Shown in pieces: positions 60,566 to 64,000 of a stretch of 64,000 nt of DNA (the stretch's first letter is position 1; every line of letters starts with the position of its first letter). Origin of the DNA: Armatimonadota bacterium. Lineage in GTDB: Bacteria > Armatimonadota > HRBIN16. Below the pieces are notes generated by a model, which had not been told where the DNA came from, did not search any database, and saw nothing but the letters and a program-made list of their open reading frames with translations. Where the stretch lies: positions 3,360,001 through 3,424,000 of the forward strand of contig OY781964.1 of assembly GCA_963677485.1 (NCBI GenBank), written 5' to 3'. Both the position numbers and the translations under genes were made by a program.

Positions 60566-61849
60566 ATGAGGAGCATCAACACCGCAGAAGCGACACCACA
60601 AGCTGTCAGGGCTTTTCTGGCAAGGCCACTCGCCCAACATCATCCGGAAGTTGAACAGCGTGTGAAGGAGATTCTGCAGCTCGTTCAGGATCGGGGTGAT
60701 GCGGCTCTTAAAGAGCTGACCGCCAAGTTCGACGGAGCGGTGCTCGATGACCTTCGCGTAAGTGAACAAGAGTTCGATGACGCGATCGCCTCGCTGCCCG
60801 AAGAGGCGTTGGCTGCGATCCGCGTGGCCGCACAGCGTATCCGCAGCTTCCATATGAAACACCGCCGCGAGACCTGGATCGACTTCCAGCCAGGCGAGGC
60901 GATGGGGCAGATGATCATCCCGCTACGCAGTGCCGGTTTATATGTGCCGGGCGGTTTAGCCGCGTATCCCAGCAGTGTTCTGATGTGCGCCATACCAGCC
61001 AAAGTCGCTGGCGTGAAGCGCCTGGTGATGTGCAGCCCATGCGGGCCGGACGGCAAGCTGCCGGCTCTGGTGCTGGCGGCTGCGCGCGAGGCGGGCATTG
61101 ATACCATCTACAAGATCGGTGGAGCACAAGCCATCGCCGCCATGGCCTACGGCACAGAGACCATCATGGCTGTCGATAAAATCGCTGGCCCGGGTAACCT
61201 CTATGTCACCTATGCCAAGAAGCTGCTGTATGGTGTGGTCGGCATCGACATGCTGGCAGGTCCCAGCGAAGTGGGTATCGTGGCTGATGATACGGCCAAC
61301 CCGAAGTTCGTGGCTCTGGACTTGCTGTCTCAGGCGGAGCACGACTCGCACACCGCAGCCTTCCTGATCACCCCCAGCCAGAAAATGGCGGATGCCGTTG
61401 TGGCCGCGATCGCCGAGATTGCTCCGACGCTGCCACGCCATGAGATACTGGCACAGACACTGGCTGAGAACGGCGGTGTGGTGGTGACCCGGGACATGGC
61501 TGAGGCGGTAGAATACGCGAATGAGTGCGCGCCGGAGCACCTGGCGCTGATGGTTGCCGACCCATGGTCGCTGCTCCCGCAGATCACCTGCGCTGGGGCG
61601 GTGCTGCTGGGACATTACGCGCCGCAATCACTGGGTGACTATGTGGCGGGCCCGAGCCACACGCTGCCAACGGCTGGCACCGCACGGTTCAGCTCACCGC
61701 TAAATGTGGATGACTTCGTGAAAAAGACCAGTGTGATCAGCTTCACCAAAGAGGCGTTGCTGCCTTTGATTGGCACCATCGAAACACTGGCTGAGTTGGA
61801 GCACCTCGAAGCTCACAAAATCGCCGCATCGATCAGACGAGAGGAATAG
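60566..61849 (+). CDS. hisD: histidinol dehydrogenase
   Basis: GLYVPGG, GGAQAIAAMAYGT, GPGN, IDMLAGPSE, QAEHD, APEHL and GPSHTLPT. Confidence 0.98.
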   Translation: MRSINTAEATPQAVRAFLARPLAQHHPEVEQRVKEILQLVQDRGDAALKELTAKFDGAVLDDLRVSEQEFDDAIASLPEEALAAIRVAAQRIRSFHMKHRRETWIDFQPGEAMGQMIIPLRSAGLYVPGGLAAYPSSVLMCAIPAKVAGVKRLVMCSPCGPDGKLPALVLAAAREAGIDTIYKIGGAQAIAAMAYGTETIMAVDKIAGPGNLYVTYAKKLLYGVVGIDMLAGPSEVGIVADDTANPKFVALDLLSQAEHDSHTAAFLITPSQKMADAVVAAIAEIAPTLPRHEILAQTLAENGGVVVTRDMAEAVEYANECAPEHLALMVADPWSLLPQITCAGAVLLGHYAPQSLGDYVAGPSHTLPTAGTARFSSPLNVDDFVKKTSVISFTKEALLPLIGTIETLAELEHLEAHKIAASIRREE

Positions 61850-61852
61850 GCT

Positions 61853-62443
61853 ATGAACAACCGAACCGCATGTGTTGAGCGCAAGACTACCGAGACGGAG
61901 ATCAGCATTGAGTTGAATCTCGATGGCACCGGCCTTTCGACGATTGAGACCGGCGTAGGCTTTTTCGACCACATGCTGACTCATGTAGCACGGCATGGCC
62001 TGTTTGATCTACGCGTGAAGTGCGTGGGTGACCTTCAGATCGATGCGCACCACACCGTAGAGGATGTGGGCATCTGTCTAGGACAGGCGTTCGCGAAAGC
62101 GATTGGCGACAAGCGCGGGATCAATCGGTATGGCAGTGGTCTGGTTCCGATGGACGAAAGTCTGGTTCAGGTGGCCCTGGATATTTCCGGTCGACCCTTC
62201 CTGGCGAGTAATCTGATGCTGCCCCCAGCCATCATCGGCACGATGAGCGCGGAGCTGGTGGATGAGTTCCTGCGGGCGTTCAGTCTGCACGCTGGTTTGA
62301 CCCTGCACGTGAACAAGATGGCGGGAACCAACCTGCACCACATCGCGGAGGCGGCATTCAAAGCATTGGGACGCGCGCTGGCGGATGCCGTTCAGATGCG
62401 CGCCGGTGAAACGGGACTTCCGAGCACAAAAGGGGCGTTATAG
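61853..62443 (+). CDS. hisB: imidazoleglycerol-phosphate dehydratase
   Basis: FFDHML, DAHHTVED, PMDE, NLHHIAEA and PSTKG. Confidence 0.98.
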   Translation: MNNRTACVERKTTETEISIELNLDGTGLSTIETGVGFFDHMLTHVARHGLFDLRVKCVGDLQIDAHHTVEDVGICLGQAFAKAIGDKRGINRYGSGLVPMDESLVQVALDISGRPFLASNLMLPPAIIGTMSAELVDEFLRAFSLHAGLTLHVNKMAGTNLHHIAEAAFKALGRALADAVQMRAGETGLPSTKGAL

Positions 62444-63076
62444 ATGATCGAGATCGTGGACTACGGCATGGGAAATCTGCGCAGCGTGGAGAAGGCGTTC
62501 CACAAAATCGGGGTAGATGCGGCCATCTGCAACGACCCCGAACGCATCCTTCATGCCGACCGCGTGGTGCTGCCCGGCGTAGGGGCATTCGGTGCTGCGA
62601 TTGATAATCTGCGGACCTCAGGTTTGCTGGATGCTGTCAGGCAGTTCATCGAGACTGGCAAGCCGTTCCTGGGGATATGCCTGGGATTGCAGCTGCTATT
62701 CGATGAGAGCGAAGAGAGCTTCAACGGGTTCACACCGGGTGGTCTTGGGGTGATCCCGGGCAACGTGATCAAGTTCCCTTCTGAGATGACGGGTCCGGAT
62801 GGCTTGCCTCTGAAGGTGCCTCAGATCGGCTGGAATGTGCTGAAACCCTGCGTAGAGGACGCGCTGTTTGCAGGTGTTCTCGAAGGATCGTATGTCTATT
62901 TCGTGCATAGCTATTACGGTGCTCCCAGTCAGCGAGAGAATGTTCTGGCCGAAAGTGAATATGGCATACCGTTCTGCTGTGCGGTGCGTAAGGGGAATGT
63001 GCGGGCGGTGCAGTTCCACCCCGAGAAGAGCAGTGCGGTGGGTATGACCATGCTGCGCAATTTTTCGCAGCTCTAG
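62444..63076 (+). CDS. hisH: imidazole glycerol phosphate synthase glutaminase subunit
   Basis: DYGMGNLRS, LPGVG, GICLG, YFVHSY and QFHPEKS. Confidence 0.98.
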   Translation: MIEIVDYGMGNLRSVEKAFHKIGVDAAICNDPERILHADRVVLPGVGAFGAAIDNLRTSGLLDAVRQFIETGKPFLGICLGLQLLFDESEESFNGFTPGGLGVIPGNVIKFPSEMTGPDGLPLKVPQIGWNVLKPCVEDALFAGVLEGSYVYFVHSYYGAPSQRENVLAESEYGIPFCCAVRKGNVRAVQFHPEKSSAVGMTMLRNFSQL

Positions 63077-63091
63077 CGGCATTGTGGGTTT

Positions 63092-63180
63092 AGTCGTAGA
63101 GGCGTCCCTTGTGGGCGCCCTAAACTAGAACTGTCGATTGAACAACGATTAGGGCGCCCACAAGGGACGCCCCTACGACT
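63092..63180. repeat. GTAG-type REP doublet (REPIN)
   Basis: 32-bp inverted arms at 63092-63123 and 63149-63180, one mismatch. Confidence 0.88.
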
Positions 63181-63182
63181 GT

Positions 63183-63226
63183 ATCAGTTACAGCCGGGGC
63201 TGCCGTGCATGCACGGGCGGGTGCTT
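63183..63226 (-). repeat. 44-bp double-hairpin anchor motif
   Basis: Reverse-complement homolog of 26012-26055 (38/44). Confidence 0.75.
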
Positions 63227-63263
63227 ACCTGTGGCCTCGGGTTGAAAGCCCTGCGTTGTTCAT

Positions 63264-63382
63264 TCGTAGGGATGGCCCTTGTGGCCATCCGCAAATAGCG
63301 ACGGTATAAAGATTTGGTCGCAGGCGGTAACAGACCGGTGGACATTAATGTGAGCGGATGACCACAAGGGTCATCCCTACGA
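63264..63382. repeat. second GTAG-type REP doublet
   Basis: 29-bp inverted arms at 63264-63292 and 63354-63382. Confidence 0.88.
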
Positions 63383-63475
63383 CATGCGTTTGCAGGCTTA
63401 ACATCCGAACCGCCCATATTGCACGATGTGCTAACACATAACGGAAATCACAACACATACACAGGATACAAACAC

Positions 63476-64000
63476 ATGAGCATATTCAATATATACCCCG
63501 CGATTGACTTAAGAAACGGCAAATGCGTTCGACTTCTTCAAGGTGACTTCGAACAGGAGACGGTGTTCGGCGAGGATCCGGTAGAGATGGCACTGCAGTG
63601 GCAAAGCCAGGGAGCCAAGTGGCTTCACATGGTAGACCTGGATGGAGCCAAAAGCGGTGAGCCGAAACAGCTGGAGATCATCAAACGGGTGAGCCAGGCC
63701 ATCAGCATACCCATCCAGTTGGGCGGAGGGATCCGCAGCCTTGAATCCGCAGGAGCAGCTCTAGCGGCTGGTGCCAGCCGTATTGTGATAGGCAGTGCTG
63801 CTGTGCGCGATCCAGCGTTCGCGGGCAAGGCATTCGCCGAGTTCGGCGAGCAAGTTGCCTTGGGTGTCGATGGACGGCATCGTATGGTGGCGATTGATGG
63901 TTGGCAGAGTCAGACCGAAATCCCCGCCATTGAGCTGATTCAACAGATGGCTGCAATAGGCGCGAAGCGCGTGATCTACACAGAGATCAGCCGTGACGGC
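63476..64000 (+). CDS. hisA: HisA isomerase (3'-truncated by the window edge; absent from the ORF track)
   Basis: Translates MSIFNIYPAIDLRNGKCVRLLQG...LHMVDLDGA...IQLGGGIRS...VIYTEISRDG. Confidence 0.97.
   Translation, partial: MSIFNIYPAIDLRNGKCVRLLQGDFEQETVFGEDPVEMALQWQSQGAKWLHMVDLDGAKSGEPKQLEIIKRVSQAISIPIQLGGGIRSLESAGAALAAGASRIVIGSAAVRDPAFAGKAFAEFGEQVALGVDGRHRMVAIDGWQSQTEIPAIELIQQMAAIGAKRVIYTEISRDG

Noticed and set aside
12367-63382. Integron attC cassette array
   Set aside because: The palindromes lack consistent RYYYAAC/GTTRRRY ends, are not one per gene, and no integrase is present.

Overview
Bacterial chromosomal window, roughly 55-58% GC by eye. The lineage is probably Armatimonadota; this is inferred from the dockerin-like 'GDADGDGQINLFD' C-terminal module and a DUF6785-type membrane protein, not from a marker gene. 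The window is dominated by about 16 carbohydrate-active enzymes (GH20 x2, GH3, GH127, GH13, GH42, GH116, GH106-like x2, GH32/43-like x2, GH38 and several unassigned TIM barrels). It also holds an orphan glycyl-radical enzyme, an RpoD-like alternative sigma factor, two tandem secreted RCC1/BLIP-II-repeat proteins, a four-gene redox operon headed by an exported degenerate rubrerythrin, and hisD-hisB-hisH-hisA at the right edge. No rRNA, tRNA, CRISPR array, transposase or integrase is visible. The most unusual signal is intergenic: spacers are mosaics of recurring non-coding modules (GTAG-type REP doublets, a 175-bp MITE-like element in 3 copies, a nested TIR element, 8/9-bp triplet modules reused across loci, a shared anchor motif and a G-quadruplex-like 15-bp tandem repeat). 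The GH38 gene has an in-frame TGA at its conserved HxDxxW Trp, and TAG is the dominant stop codon (23 of 38 gene ends).
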